From: Octopus vulgaris
Lineage: Eukaryota
Length of the DNA: 64,000 bases
Reading direction: 5' to 3'
Assembly (NCBI GenBank): GCA_951406725.2
Contig: OX597835.1
Span: forward strand, 16,926,001 to 16,990,000
How positions within the stretch are numbered: position 1 is the stretch's first letter; each line of letters starts with the position of its first letter. The notes under the pieces are model-generated. The model did not search any database. It saw only the letters and a program-made list of their open reading frames with translations, and was not told the origin of the DNA. Positions 42,900 to 57,677 of the stretch are shown piece by piece. A program made the translations under genes and the position numbers.

Positions 42900-43750
42900 G
42901 CAAAGTTTGTGACGTCTCAAATTTGTAGCGTTGTAATGTTTGTGATCTCTCAACTGCTTGTGACTTTGCGGTGTCTCAACTTTATGTTTCGTTTGTGACG
43001 CTAGTAAAGTTTGTGATGCCTGTAAAGTGTATGATATCTGTAAAGTTTGTGATGCCTCAACATTTCGTTACGCATGTGACGTTTGTAAAGTTTGTGACGT
43101 CTCAAATCTTTGTGACGTTTGTGACGTCTCAACTTTATGTTTCATTTGTGACGCTAGTAAAATTTGCGATGCCTGTAAAGTTTGTGATGCCTCAACATTT
43201 TGTTACGCATGTGACGTTTGTAAAGTTTGTGACGTCTCAACTCTTTGTGACGTTTGTGACGTCTCAACTTTATGATTCGTTTGTGACGCTAGCAAACTTT
43301 GCGATGCCTGTAACGTCTGTGATGCCTCAACATTTTGTTACACATGTGACGTTTGTAAAGTTTGTGACGTCTCAACTCTTTGTGACGTTTGTGACGTCTC
43401 AACTCTTTGTGACGTTTGTAACGTCTCAACTTTATGTTTCATTTGTGACGTTAGTAAAATTTGCGATGCCTGTAACGTCTGTGATGCCTCAACATTTTGT
43501 TACACATGTGACGTTTGTAAAGTTTGTGACGTCTCAACTCTTTGTGACGTTTGTGACGTCTCAACTTTATGTTTCATTTGTGACGTTAGTAAAATTTGCG
43601 ATGCCTGTAGAGTTTGTGATGCCTCAACATTTTGTTACGCATGTGACGTTTGTAAAGTTTGTGACGTCTCAACTCTTTATGACATTTGTGGTGTTCGTAA
43701 AGTTTGCGATGTCTTTATTGCTTGTGATGTCTGTGATATTTGCGATGTCT
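42900..43750. repeat. Minisatellite: 9-bp base unit (TTTGTGACG), 135-bp higher-order repeat
   Basis: Marker TTTATG at 42981, 43134, 43269, 43431 and 43566 (spacings 153, 135, 162, 135). Confidence 0.92.
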
Positions 43751-44014
43751 TACGGTGTTCGTAATGTCGCTACTATTAATAATTTTTGTCACGTTTGTAA
43801 TGCAAGCGATGTCTTTAATGTTTCTGACGTTTGCAATGGTTTCACTCATTGTGATTTTATGATGCTTCTGATATGATATTTATGATATTTGTGAAGTCAG
43901 TGATGATTATTTTGTTTGTGACGTTTACTAAGATTATACGATGTTTATGACGTTATGATGTTATGATATTATAAAGTTTGTAATGTTTGTGACGTCAGAA
44001 GGCTTTATGAAGGT

Positions 44015-44394
44015 GGGATGGAAGCACTCCGTCGGTTACGACGACGAGTGTTCCGGTTGATCAGAATCAACGGAACAGCCTGCTCGTGAAATTAACGTGT
44101 AAGTGGCTGAGCACTCCACAGACACGTGTACCCTTAACGTAGTTCTCGGGGATATTCAGCGTGACACAGAGAGTGACAAGGCCGGCCCTTTGAAATACAG
44201 GTACAACAGAAACAGGAAGTAAGAGTGGGAGAAAGTTGTGGTGAAAGAGTACAGCAGGGATCACCACCACCCCTGCCGGAGCCTCGTAGAGCTTTAGGTG
44301 TTTTCGCTCAATAAACACTCACAACGCCCGGTCATGGAATCGAAACCGCGATCCTATGACCGCGAGTCCGCTGCCCTAACCACTGGGTCATTAC
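44015..44394 (-). mobile_element. tRNA(Arg)-like SINE family C with 12-bp TSD
   Basis: TSD CTTTATGAAGGT at 44003-44014 and 44395-44406; near-identical to 61461-61843. Confidence 0.93.
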
Positions 44395-46331
44395 CTTTAT
44401 GAAGGTAAGGACAGGCTGACAATCAAGTCGTTCATGACGCTAAAACCACTGGGTAGTCATAACGGAATACCAGTGATTATAAAGGGTCTGCGAGGAGCTA
44501 AACAACAACATCAACAAGAGGAACAGTAATGACTACAACACCAGCAATGACAGCAACAATAAAACCTTCAATGGTGTTTGCGGTCTTTTTTCTCTCCTGT
44601 TTCTCTACTCCGCCTACTACCCTCTGGGCTAACGCACTCTGCTCTTTAATGCGTTTGCCTCAGAAGTAGACCTTTCTTTAGAAGACTATACAACCACCAC
44701 GACAACTATCGACACTGCTACCATCATCATCACCGCCTACACCACCAGCACCACCACCACCACCAGCACCACCTCCAGCACCACCACCAGCGCCACCAGC
44801 GCCACCACCAGCACCAGCACCAGCATCAACAGCAGCAGCAGTAGCACCACCACCACCGCCACCACCACTACTACTACCATTACCATCGCAAGTACCACTA
44901 GTACACTCATTGCAACCGCCACCACTACTACAGCCACCACACCACTACAACCACTTCTACCAACACCATCACTACCACCACCATCACCATCACCACTAGT
45001 ACTACCACCACCACCAAGAACAACACCACCATTACCACCACAAACACTACCAATACCACTGCCAGCAACACTACCACGACAACGACGACGACGACGACCA
45101 TCACCACTACCACCACCACCACCACCGCCACTACTACTGCCATTGCCACCGCAAGTACCACTAGCACGCTCATTACAAACACCACCACTACTACAGCCAC
45201 CACATCACCACAACCACTTCTACCAACACCACCACTATCACCACCACCACCACACCACCACTATTACCACCACCAGCACCACCACTACCACCAACGCTAC
45301 AAATATCACTACCACCACCATCGTCACTACCATTACCTACAGCAACAACCACCACCAACAATACTACCAGCACCACCACCAACACTACCACCACCACCGC
45401 CGCCACCACCACCACCACCACCACCACCACCACCACCACCAAGAGCGGAACGTGTTAAATAACGCCATATACCTCTACCGTAATTATATTTGCTTTCGAT
45501 ATCTCTCCCCCTCTCTACTCTCCCTCTCCCCCATTCTCTCTCTCTTCTTTTTGCTCTTCTAAACTTTAAATTATTAACCGCAGGATGAGCGTAATAAATA
45601 TTTAATTTTCTTTTATAATATTTGGCACCTGTATACTTGGAAAATAGCTTTTGTTGTGGTAGCAGTTGAATTGTGAGTAGAAGGAAGAGGAGGTCATTCA
45701 GAGGAAGAGGAGGGGAAGGAGGAAGAAGAAGAAGAAGAAGAAGAAGAAGAAAGAGAAGAAGGAGACGAAGGCGATGAAGAAGAGGTGGACGAAGAAGACG
45801 AAGACGGGGTGGGGGTGAAAACAAATTTGTTGGGAGAAAAATTAAGATGGTAAAAAAAAAATAGGAGACCTACCAACCGCCCAGCCGACCAACAAGCCAA
45901 CCAACCAACCAACGAACGAATTAACCAGCCGACCAACGAACCAAAAATACTCCGCCAAAACAAAACACAAAAATAAAATAAAATAAAATAAAATAAAAAT
46001 GAATAAATAGATAAACGAAATAAAATAAATAAATAAACGCAAGCGCGACCATATTTTTGAGATATTTCGATATTCCAGTGCAATTAGTTGCGATAATAAA
46101 ATATGTATGAGTCCCAGTGGAACATCAGGCAGCGTTTAACAGAATCTGATGAGATGCCGAGGATGGTCAAACTCATTCCAAATTCTGACCATATATTTCA
46201 TAACGGATACTTATAAAATAAATAAAAACAACAGCAACAAAATTTCTTCATTGCTTGACTTTTTATAATAGTGACATATATTATTAACGTTAGTATTGAT
46301 AATGACATCATCATTACTATTATTATTATTA

Positions 46332-46368
<37 letters not shown>

Positions 46369-46370
46369 CC

Positions 46371-46407
<37 letters not shown>

Positions 46408-46414
46408 CATTATT

Positions 46415-46491
<77 letters not shown>

Positions 46492-46622
46492 CATCATCAT
46501 CATCATCATAATCATCATCATTATCATTATTATTATTATTATTACTATCATCATTATTATCATTATTAACATTATTGTTATTATTATTATTATTATTATT
46601 ATAATTATTATTATTTTTATTA

Positions 46623-46680
<58 letters not shown>

Positions 46681-46682
46681 CA

Positions 46683-46740
<58 letters not shown>

Positions 46741-46759
46741 TATTATTATCACCATTATT

Positions 46760-46950
46760 AAGGTGGTGAGCTTGGCAGAATCGTTAGCACGCCGGGTGAA
46801 ATGCTTAGCGGTATTTCGCCCATCGCTACGTTCTGACTTGCGTCCTTTCGGGGTCGATAAATTGAGTACTAGTGAAACACTAGGGTCGATATAACCGACT
46901 AGTCATATCCCACAAAATTTCAGCCCTGGGGCTACAGCAGAAAGGGTCAT
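46760..46950 (+). mobile_element. SINE family B, (ATT)n tail
   Basis: Family B head and core; element D follows directly in its tail. Confidence 0.8.
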
Positions 46951-46963
46951 TATTATTATTAAT

Positions 46964-47478
46964 GAGTGAGAGAGCAGTGCATGCCATCAAAGAGATACTG
47001 GGGTAAAATATACGAAGCCCAGTATACTCATCATGACTACCCCTCATGTACACTGGTACATGCATCACAACCATATGTGCGTGACATGGTGATCTCATAC
47101 CAGAATAAACAACACATGACCTTGCAGGTGGGGGCCCAGTTAGAATTTTCTTCTGGTCGAGTAGCCCATCCCGCTCAAAAGGTCCCTGAATAAGGATTGT
47201 TTAAGGATGTTGAACGAAACACCCATATTTTCCAAGGTGAATTATCCAAACCTCCAAAAATTCCTTTCAACACACGGCTATGATGCTCCCCTACTACTTC
47301 TGCTCGTGGTCAGAGATGCACATATCGTCAGCCACAAAGAGACATGCTCAACTGGTTAAGGTCAAACAACTGACAAGCAAATCTGGTATTGAGCAGAATA
47401 TTTGCTGTAGCCCATCTTTTACACCAATCAGTTAAGATTAGAAGCCATGAGAGTTACTGTCTTGTACTCTATCAAGGC
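46964..47478 (-). mobile_element. Element D, copy with internal deletions
   Basis: Collinear with 47592-48145; (ATT)n on both sides. Confidence 0.9.
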
Positions 47479-47533
<55 letters not shown>

Positions 47534-47591
47534 TTTTATTGTTATTATTATTATTATTATTGTTTTTATTATTATCATTATTATTATTATT

Positions 47592-48145
47592 GAGTGAGAG
47601 AGCAGTTCATGCCATCAAAGTGACACTGGGGTAAAATATACGAAGCCCAATATACCCATCATGATTACCCGTCTGATAAAGGTACACCAGGCACATGCAT
47701 CACAACCATATGTGCGCGACATGGTGATCTCATATCAAGATAAACAGCACATGACCTTGCAGGTGGGGCCCAGTTAGAATTTTCTTCAGGTTGAGTAGCC
47801 CATCCCGCTCAAACGGTCCCTGAATAAGGGTTGTTTAAGGATGTTGAAAGAACCACCCATGTTTCCAGGGGTGAACTATTCAAACCCCAAAGAATCCCTC
47901 TCAACACATGGCTATGATGCTCCCCCACTACTTCTGCTCGTGATCAGAGATGCACATATCGTCAGCCACTAAGGGACATGCTCAACTGGTTAAGGTCAAA
48001 CAATTGACAAGCAAATCTGTGGTATTGAGCAGAATATTTGCTGTAGCCCATCTTTTATACCAAGACAAAACAATGTACATGATAACACTTCCAATCAGTT
48101 AAGATCAGAAGCCATGAGAGCCACTGCCTGGTACTGCATCAGGGC
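47592..48145 (-). mobile_element. Element D, full length
   Basis: Reverse complement of 51171-51725; (ATT)n on both sides. Confidence 0.92.
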
Positions 48146-48856
<711 letters not shown>

Positions 48857-49050
48857 AAGCAGACTCGTTAGCACGCCGGGCGTAATTCTTAGCGGCATTT
48901 CGTCTATCTTCGCGCTCTGAGTTCAAATGCCGCCGAAGTCGGCGTTGCCTTTCATTCTTTGGAGATCAATAAAATAAATACCAGTTGAGTACTGTGATCG
49001 TTATGATTTACATATCCCCCACCGAAATTGCTGGCCTTGTACTAAAATGG
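48857..49050 (+). mobile_element. SINE family B, degenerate
   Basis: GTTAGCACGCCGGGC..GAGTTCAAATGCCGCC. Confidence 0.75.
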
Positions 49051-49151
49051 GAAGTCCTCCACCGAAGCTCTTAATGACCCGCCCTACTCTTTCTAGCGAG
49101 TCAGATGTCCTGTTATGGCCATCTGTTATGTGTTTAAATGTACACTGTATA

Positions 49152-49193
<42 letters not shown>

Positions 49194-49403
49194 ATATATA
49201 TATATGATGACGACGACGATGATGATAGTGATGGTGATGATGATGACGATGACGATAATGATGCTGATGTCAATCGTCGTCGTCATCATCATCATCATCA
49301 TCATCGTCATCATCATATATATACATATATATATACATATATATATATTTATATATATGGGATACACACATACATACACGCACATATATGTCATGTATAT
49401 ATA

Positions 49404-49566
49404 CACGACAAGCTTCATTTTAGTTTCCGCCTGTTAAAATCCACTCACAAGGCTTTGGTCGGGTTGAAGCAATAATAGAGGACACTTGCCCAAAGTGCCA
49501 TGCAGTGGGACTGAACACAGAGCCATGTGGTTGGGAAGCAAACTTCTTACCACACAGCCACGCCTG
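49404..49566 (-). mobile_element. SINE family A, 5' half
   Basis: Matches 8134-8300; ends at the internal microsatellite. Confidence 0.8.
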
Positions 49567-49899
49567 CTTCTATCCTAATAATTAGTGCAATCGCACTCAA
49601 CGTTATCTGGATTATGAACTTTAATCGCCACCTCCATTGCATGACCACCACATGCTAATAAATCTGGTGGTGATGAAGATGAGGATGATGATGATGATGA
49701 TGATAGTGATGGTGATGATGATGTGGTTAAAGATAATGATGATGATGATGACGATGTTGTTCACCATCAGCGTCATTATCATCACCATTACTATCACTAT
49801 CATCATCATCATCAAGAAGATAATGAAGAGAGAAAGGAGGGGCGGAGGCGGAGGAGGAGGAGGATTGTGAGAGTAGGGATGATGATGACGACGACGACG

Positions 49900-50280
49900 A
49901 TGATGATAGTGATGATGATGATAGTGATGATGATGATAGTGATGATGATGATAGTGATGATGATGATAGTGATGTTGATGATAGTGATGATGATGATAGT
50001 GATGATGATGATAGTGATGATGATGATAGTGATGTTGATGATAGTGATGATGATGATAGTGATGATGATGATAGTGATGTTGATGATAGTGATGATGATG
50101 ATAGTGATGTTGATGATAGTGATGATGATGATAGTGATGATGATGATAGTGATGTTGATGATAGTGATGATGATGATAGGAATGATGATGATAGTGATGT
50201 TGATGATAGTGATGAGGATGATAGTGATGATGATGATAGTGATGATGATGATAGTGATGATGATGATAGTGATGTTGATG
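49900..50280. repeat. (ATAGTGATGWTG)n 12-bp tandem array
   Basis: Read directly. Confidence 0.95.
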
Positions 50281-50941
50281 ACGATGACGACGATGACGAT
50301 AATGATGCTGATGTTGATCGTCGTCGTCATCATCATCATCATCACTACTCTCACAAGCCTCCTCTCCTCTCCTCTCCTTTCCCGCCTTTCTCTCCTCAAT
50401 ATCTTCACCCCTCCCTCATGACCTTCCTTATCACCGTCATTATTATTATCATATTTTTTTCTTTTTCTTTGTCGTTCTTTTTTTTGTTACAATTTTCGTT
50501 TTTGTTTTGCATTTAATGTATGTTAGGTTTCTGCTTTTTTTTATTATATATATATATATATATTCCTCGGTGCAGTTTACCAATATTTGGAATACTAGTA
50601 GGAAAGAAAGGAGGAGAAACGACGACGAAGAATATTCCAGAATAACCTTTCGAGTGAAAGTTATTAATAGATCGCTTTGGGAATGTGTGAAGAATAGAAA
50701 AGTGAATTTGGTGAATGTTGGAATAGCAGTAGTACCGTTAATGAAAATTCTTAGTCTTCGAATCAACCTTGGTCTCTCGATGCCTCTGTGTATATATGTG
50801 TGTGTGTTGTGTGTGTGTGTGGGGGGGATCAATATTTTTGTGAAAGACATCACGTGTAGGCTGCGACGTTTTCACGATCGCTGTTACCACGTTAGTAAAA
50901 AATGGAGGCAGATGATAATGGTGATATCTTGTAGTGTAGTA

Positions 50942-50998
<57 letters not shown>

Positions 50999-51079
50999 TG
51001 AACTTCCAACCTGTTGTCTCTTGAGGTCTCTGGGTGAGACTTGGAGCCAACTTGTACAAATATAAAGCAAAAGTCAAAC

Positions 51080-51130
<51 letters not shown>

Positions 51131-51170
51131 TAATAATAATAACAATAACAATAGCAACAATAATAATAAT

Positions 51171-51725
51171 GCCCTGATGCAGTGCCAGGCAGTGGCTCAC
51201 GTGGCTTTTGATCTCAACTGATTGGAAGTGTTATCATGTACATTGTTTTGTCTTGGTATAAAAGATGGGCTACTGCAAATATTCTGTTCAATAACACAGA
51301 TTTGCTTGTCAGTTGTTTGACCTTAACCAGTTGACCATGTCCCTTAGTGGCTGACGATATGTGCATCTTTGATCACGAGCAAAAGTAGTGGGGGAGCATC
51401 ATAGCCATGTGTTGAGAGGGATTCTATGGGGTTTGAATAAGTCACCTCTGGAAACATGGGCGTTTCGTTCAGAATTCTTAAACAATCCTTATTCAGGGAC
51501 CTTTTGAGCGGGATGGGCTACTCGACCAGAAGAAAATTCTAACTGGGCCCCCACCTGCAAGGCCATGTGCTGTTTATCTTGATATGAGATCACCATGTCG
51601 CGCACATATGGTTGTGATGCATGTGCCTGGTGTACCCTTATCAGACGGGTAGACATGATGAGTATACTGGGCTTCGTATATTTTACCCTAGTGTCATTTT
51701 GATGGCATGCACTGCTCTCTCACTC
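51171..51725 (+). mobile_element. Element D, full length (555 bp)
   Basis: AATAAT|GCCCTGATGC ... CTCTCTCACTC|AATAAT. Confidence 0.92.
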
Positions 51726-51784
51726 AATAATAATAATAATAATAATAAAAAGAGAAAAACCCTTTCTGAAACATACTGATTCAT

Positions 51785-51997
51785 AAGGGCCGGTTTCCAT
51801 GGCGTATATATTCCCCTCCTGGATGGAACACTGGTCTATCGCAGAGTTACTCTCTTTTGCCAGCTGAGTGGACTGGAGCAACGTGAAATGAAGTGTCTTG
51901 CCCCAAGAACACAACGCATCGCCCGGTCCAGGAATCGAAACTACAATCTTACGATCATGAGCTCAACACCCCGAACCACTAAGCCAGAAGGCTCCAC
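51785..51997 (-). mobile_element. tRNA-derived SINE family F
   Basis: Reverse complement matches 18736-18885, plus a 3' extension. Confidence 0.8.
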
Positions 51998-52100
51998 TGT
52001 GGTGCAATACTTTATGGAGCGATGAGAAATTCTACAAACAACAACAACAACAGAAACAAAAAAAGAAAAGAAAGGTAAAGACAGGAAAACGTAAACTCAC

Positions 52101-52172
52101 CAACTTTGGTATCTTCAGGCTTGACAATAATTTTCGATGATTGGAGTAACGTTGGGGGTTCGTTGGTAGAAA
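52101..52172 (-). CDS. Cadherin exon 2, start of EC1: (V)STNEPPTLLQSSKIIVKPEDTKV(G)
   Basis: Acceptor ttcttctcttgcag|, donor |gtgagt; 72 nt, phase 1-1; N-x-P-P and PEDTxVG cadherin motifs. Confidence 0.92.
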
Positions 52173-53904
52173 CTGCAAGAGAAGAAATAAACAAATTAAT
52201 GCGAGATAAAAAAAAACGATAAGTGTATTGTATTGTGTGATAAACTGAAAAGACACCACCTTTTTTAACACCTCTATAACGAACACAACCAAAAGCTTAG
52301 GTGCTTTTAGCCGAGTTCATAAAAGACTTGTGGTTCCCACTTTTGGATGATAAGCACGATACGTAAACTGTAGTTTCACATAAACCGACTGGATTTTGGT
52401 TACCTTTTACTAGGTTTCACACAATTAAAAGGATACAGGAACGATTTCCGCTTCTCTCTGAAACTCTTTACAACACAACTTAAATCTTTGATTTTTAAAA
52501 AATTTTGTTTCACTCAGTTAAAAGCCTTGAGTGACTCCCGGTTCACACTTTTAGATAATAAGAAGGCCTGGCACTTAAGTTTTCTTTCCCTATGTCTCGA
52601 CGTCGACCTTGGCGATGTTTAACTCGTTTTTGACATCCTGTTCCCTCTCTGGAATAATACTTAGGTCTGACCGTTAACCTACGATTTCATAACATCATGC
52701 GAACCTCAGGTGTTTTTAGCGAGGTTTCAACCAATTAAAAGCATTCTCAGCAGACATTTGGTTTGTTTTTCACCCACCCTATTTATGCCTCCTGATATTG
52801 ACTTTCATCTGTTCAGGCTCAATATCAGCCGCACTAATCTTGCTAAGCAGGAAAGCTCTTAAATGGTGATCATTCCTGATAAACATTTAAGAAAATAAAT
52901 ATATAAAAAAATCAAACAGTTTGATACTTCTCAGACATCATTGAAACAACGTTTAACTCATCTTGGCGTCGATCTAAGGGAGACAATCGCGGAACAGGAA
53001 ACACTTATTCCAGACATGCTTAGAATATTTTATTTACTTCCCATAAACAACAAAATTTATACAACATACGTACAAGCTTGAAGAATTTCTCATAGGAAAT
53101 GCCATAAATGTACATTTTTGTGATGCGATTCCTATTAACAAATGAACCACGTGTAATGGTGAATAAATAATGCCAAAACATTTTCAAGATTCCCTTTTTA
53201 TGTATGTATGTATGTATGTATGTATGTATGTATGTATGTATGTATGTATGTGTGTATGTGTGTATGTATGTATGTATGTATGTATGTATGTATGTATGTA
53301 TGTATGTATGTATGTATGTATGGATGTATGTATGTATGCGTTAATATTGAACTATAAGAATGAGTGTTTAACAGCGCGTTGGTAGATAAGAATTCTTTAT
53401 TTATGGGTTAAGGATACCAGTGGTTTCATGTTTGGAGAGAAATCCCTTAACAATTATCAAGCCTGTCACATGGAACATAGGTGTTCGTCTCATTTTGGAT
53501 TAAGACACGTTAAAATCATATAACATAACGATAAAATGACACGAGACTTTGTGTAAACAAACTAATATTAGGGGAAACGGCTTTTGAATGATCGTCTTCT
53601 GACTCCACTGTGGGGTGTAATATCAGTGACTGAGTGTAGGGTGAAAAAATCATTATTATTATTGGATAAGTGTTCTCTTGGACGTAAAAAGCAGGGACAA
53701 ATACCGCAAGGTGTATTTTCTGATGGTCTACCAATTTTCACTGCTCACCGCTTTATAGATTTTAACATTGACCCAAGTTTAGAAATTTGAGGGAGGTTGG
53801 GCAGTAGATTGCATTGACTTCAGTATTTAACTCCTGCTTTACTTTATTGTGTCCAGAGCGACGAAGGCCAAAGCCGTCCTCAGCGGTATTTGAACAAAAT
53901 TACC

Positions 53905-54138
53905 TATTTCTTTATTAACCACAAGGGGCTAAACACAGAGGGGACAAACAAGGACAGACATAGGTATTAAGTCGATTACATCGACCCCAGTGCGTGACTG
54001 GTACTTCTTTAATCGACCCCGAAAGGATGAAAGGCAAAGTCGACCTCGGCGGAATTTGAACTCACAACGTAACGGCAGACGAAATACCGCTAAGCATTTC
54101 GCCCGGCGTGCTAACGTTTCTGCCAACTCGCCGCCTTC
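53905..54138 (-). mobile_element. SINE family B (long tail) with 16-bp TSD, inserted at an older family B copy
   Basis: TSD TTTGAACAAAATTACC at 53889-53904 and 54139-54154. Confidence 0.93.
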
Positions 54139-54398
54139 TTTGAACAAAATTACCGCCAGGTGGCCAATATCCTAACGATTCAGTAAATAATATAGGTAAA
54201 TCTTTGGGGATGAATGTAGTCTGCTTATCATATGGACTTCAGTATTTCACCGGTACTCCTTTTTATTAACCCTCGGAAACAAAAAAGGTGGTTCGAGTCT
54301 CTACTGGTTCGACATTTGCTGAATTTGAACTCAGAACGTAATTATACACTACTCTAATGTTCAACCAACTTTGCTATTCACGCATATAATTAACAAAC

Positions 54399-54477
54399 CA
54401 GTAACGAATAGAAAAATAATCCCAAAAAAACATAAGCAATACGACAACAAAATGGCCACACATAATAGTGTGTACAT
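54399..54477 (-). CDS. Cadherin gene, probable first coding exon (signal peptide MYTLLCVAILLSYCLCFFGIIFLFVT)
   Basis: ATG at 54477 with an in-frame stop upstream, then 26 mostly hydrophobic codons + G and a G|GTTTGT donor. The phase-1 end joins the next exon (G+TT = Val). The donor is weaker than the others. Confidence 0.55.
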
Positions 54478-54899
54478 GAATGGCACATGTATATTTATGT
54501 GTGTGTGTATGTGTGTGTGTGTAACACAAACATACAATACTGTTTTAATTATGAGGGGGTTGTTAAGGGTGGGGAGCGTGAAGATATTAAAAATTTCAGT
54601 GGCAATATGGAAAGAAGTTTAATATTAAAAAAAAACAACAACATGACTTCAATATGGCGGTAGATCTAAGAACATTAAATAGATAAAAGTTAGTTGAAAA
54701 GATTGAATAACTTAATAAATTGATTACTTGTTAATAAATATTTTAATATGACTCTACTAACGATGTTGTGTGTTATTTGTTGATTTATTGTTGATTTTTG
54801 TGTTTGTTTTTTGAAAACGTGTTTATTTTATTAATATTTGCCGTTGACTTCGGTTGTTTTGTTATTCTAAATAACAAGGAAAAAAAAAAAAGTGGATTT

Positions 54900-55100
54900 T
54901 TGTTTACTGTGTTGAATAATTTCATCGTGTGTTCAAACCTTGCTTTTTCCGTTTCATTTTGAAAAGTTTCTCACACCGTGAAGATAATCAAATAAGTGTT
55001 TTTTCTTTCTCTCTCTCTCTCTCTCTTTCTCTCTCTTCATTAAATCGGACTTCATTTTCCGGTTCTCGTCACTAATCCGGAAGAAAGTTATGTTGTCTTT
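54900..55100 (-). promoter_or_regulatory. Possible promoter/5' region of the cadherin gene
   Basis: Unique sequence just upstream of the putative first exon with two ETS-like CCGGAA cores, next to a long CT-rich tract. Positional inference only. Confidence 0.2.
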
Positions 55101-55987
55101 ATACACTCAGCATTTAATTAACCCCTTCTCATTTTCCCTGCTCATTCCTCCCCCTCTCTTGCTCTCCAGACTCTCTCTCCAGACCTCTCTTACTCTCCAT
55201 TTCTCTCTCTCTCTCTTTCCCCAGGTGCGTGTTCTAGCGTCTTTGTTTTCGTCCTTTCTCTCAGGATATCTGCATTCCTTGTCATCCTCTTTCTCCTCCT
55301 CCTGCTCCTCTTTTACCCACTTCCCTTCCGCCTCCTCCTCCTCCTCCTCCTCCTCCCACGTTTCTGTTTCTTCTCTCATCTCAACTTCGCCTCCTCTCCC
55401 GTCTTCTTTGCTCCTTACTCCTTCTTACTCTTTTTCCCCAAGTCTCAGTCCAGCTTTTTCCCTGGTTACCTCTCTTACTCTCTTTCTCTCTCCCTTCCTC
55501 CCTCCCTCCCACCCCTTTTCCTCTTTCCAACCTGTTGTCATCGTGACCTCTGCTTACTCCTCTCCAACCCTTTATCAATTATTCACAGCCCCTCTCTATT
55601 TCCCCCCACACCTCTCTTCTCTGCTATATTTCCTTTGAGACCTGTCATCGCATAAAATATATATGCGTCACATACGTCACCAACCTCCCTTCCACACCCG
55701 TCCCCACTGAATATTGACACCTTTCCCTATAAACTCATACACCCGTTTGTCACCAATCTCTCTCACCCTCTCATTTTATATTATCCCCTATTATCCTCTC
55801 ATTCTTTGAAACTCTCATACACCCGTATGCCACCTGTATGTCACCCAATCTCACTTCTGCTGAATTAGTTTTCTGTTTACCACTTGAGAATTTGATTTAA
55901 AAATTAAATTTAACTAAATTACATCCACCCGTGCTGCAACTCCTCTACCATACCCCTGTATTTTAAAATAAGCAGCAGCCAAACACA

Positions 55988-56720
55988 TATCCATCCATCC
56001 ATCCATCCATCCATCCATCCATCCATCCATCCATCCATCCATCCATCCATCTATCCATATATCCAGTTACTTATGCAACGATCCAGTCTTCCATCCACCC
56101 GTCCATCCGCTCGTCCGTACGTCCGTCAATCCATCCATCCACCCCGCCATCCATCAATCCGTTCATCCATCCACCCCTCCATCTGTTTTCCCATCCACTT
56201 CCCTCCCTTCCTTCTTCCTCCCCTCCCTCCCTCCTTCCCTTCATCCATCCATCCAACTACCCATCAACCTGTCCATCCAGCCATCCAGCCATCCATCCAA
56301 CTATCCATCCATCCATCCATCCAACCATCCATCCATCCATCCATCCAACCATCCATCCACCCATCCATTCATCCATTTACCCATCCATCCACCCATCCAT
56401 CCATCCATCCATCCATCTACCCATCTACCCATCCATCCATCCATCCATCCATCCATCCATCCATCTATCTATCCATCCATCCATCCACCCATCCACCTAC
56501 CCACTCATCCATCCATCCACCCACCCCACCTACCCACCCACCGACCCATCCATCCATCCATCCATCCATCTATCCATCTATCCATCCATCCATCCATACA
56601 CCCATCCACCTACCCACTCATCCATCCATCCACCCACCCATCTACCCACCCACCGACCCATCCATCCATCCATCCATCCATCCATCCATCCATCCATCAA
56701 TCTATCTATCCATCCATCCA
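55988..56720. repeat. (CCAT)n tract
   Basis: Read directly. Confidence 0.95.
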
Positions 56721-57018
56721 CTAATACCTTCTTCCCTTCCTCCCACCCCTTATTTCTTACAAGCCTAAAACTGAACGTAGTTACGCTAGTCACACTTACA
56801 ACACGAGCGTAAGTAAGTATGCATCATCACAAATTAACCCATTTGGTTGTCCATGGGTTTTAGTAGCCATGTCTCATTCCGCTCCAGGACATTCGTCTTT
56901 ATATATATATATTTATACATACATACACACATATATATAGACATTGGAAAACGAAGCGAGAAAGAGGGAAGGAGAGAGCTAAGGGGTATAGATAGATAAA
57001 TGGATATAGAGATAGAGT

Positions 57019-57085
<67 letters not shown>

Positions 57086-57117
57086 TGTATAGATAAAGAG
57101 ATAGATAGATAGATAAG

Positions 57118-57607
57118 TTTCTTTATTGGCCACACAGGGCTGCACATAGATAGGACAAGTTACAAGGTAGAGCTTTTCTTTTGGGGGATGAAAAAAACAA
57201 AAAACAAAAATCAGAAGAAACAAAAAAAAGGTGGCGTAGGTTTTCGATCAAAAGGGAGCGTAAAAGGGGAAAAAAAGGAAAAGGAACAAAAGAAAAGAGA
57301 AATGAAAAAAAGAAGAAAAAAGGGGGGAAAAAAGGGGAAGAGAAAATAAAAAACGATCGATAGGGATCGTGTATCACAGTGTTATGATGTATGGTGTAAA
57401 GGGGAAAGCAAGTAAGGTTTATCCGTGGGAAGAAAAGCCTACGAAAAAGACCACGGTAACCTTGGTCAATATTGTTATATGTTACCACATTTGTTTGCAA
57501 GTGGGTAAGCCTCTGTTTTCAATTTCTGGGTTCATAGGATTATGCTCAAGGTGGCTTCGTCATTCATACGTGCCATCCTTGCAACATTCACCCATCTTTT
57601 TTTAAAA
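57118..57607 (-). mobile_element. 5'-truncated Tx1/L1-like LINE 3' end inside a (GATA)n tract
   Basis: ORF end FKKRWVNVARMARMNDEATLSIIL* (stop 57532-57534), pyrimidine-rich 3'UTR ending AATAAAGAAA; GATA repeats on both sides. Confidence 0.6.
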
Positions 57608-57608
57608 C

Positions 57609-57677
<69 letters not shown>

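Noticed and set aside
42971-43876. 301-aa ORF / Cys-rich metallothionein-like frame
   Set aside because: Explained by 9-bp periodicity; GTG start, antisense to the host gene, and the Cys frame contains stops.
51340-51400. CTGACGA inside element D as a hammerhead core
   Set aside because: No stem II followed by GAAA in any copy.
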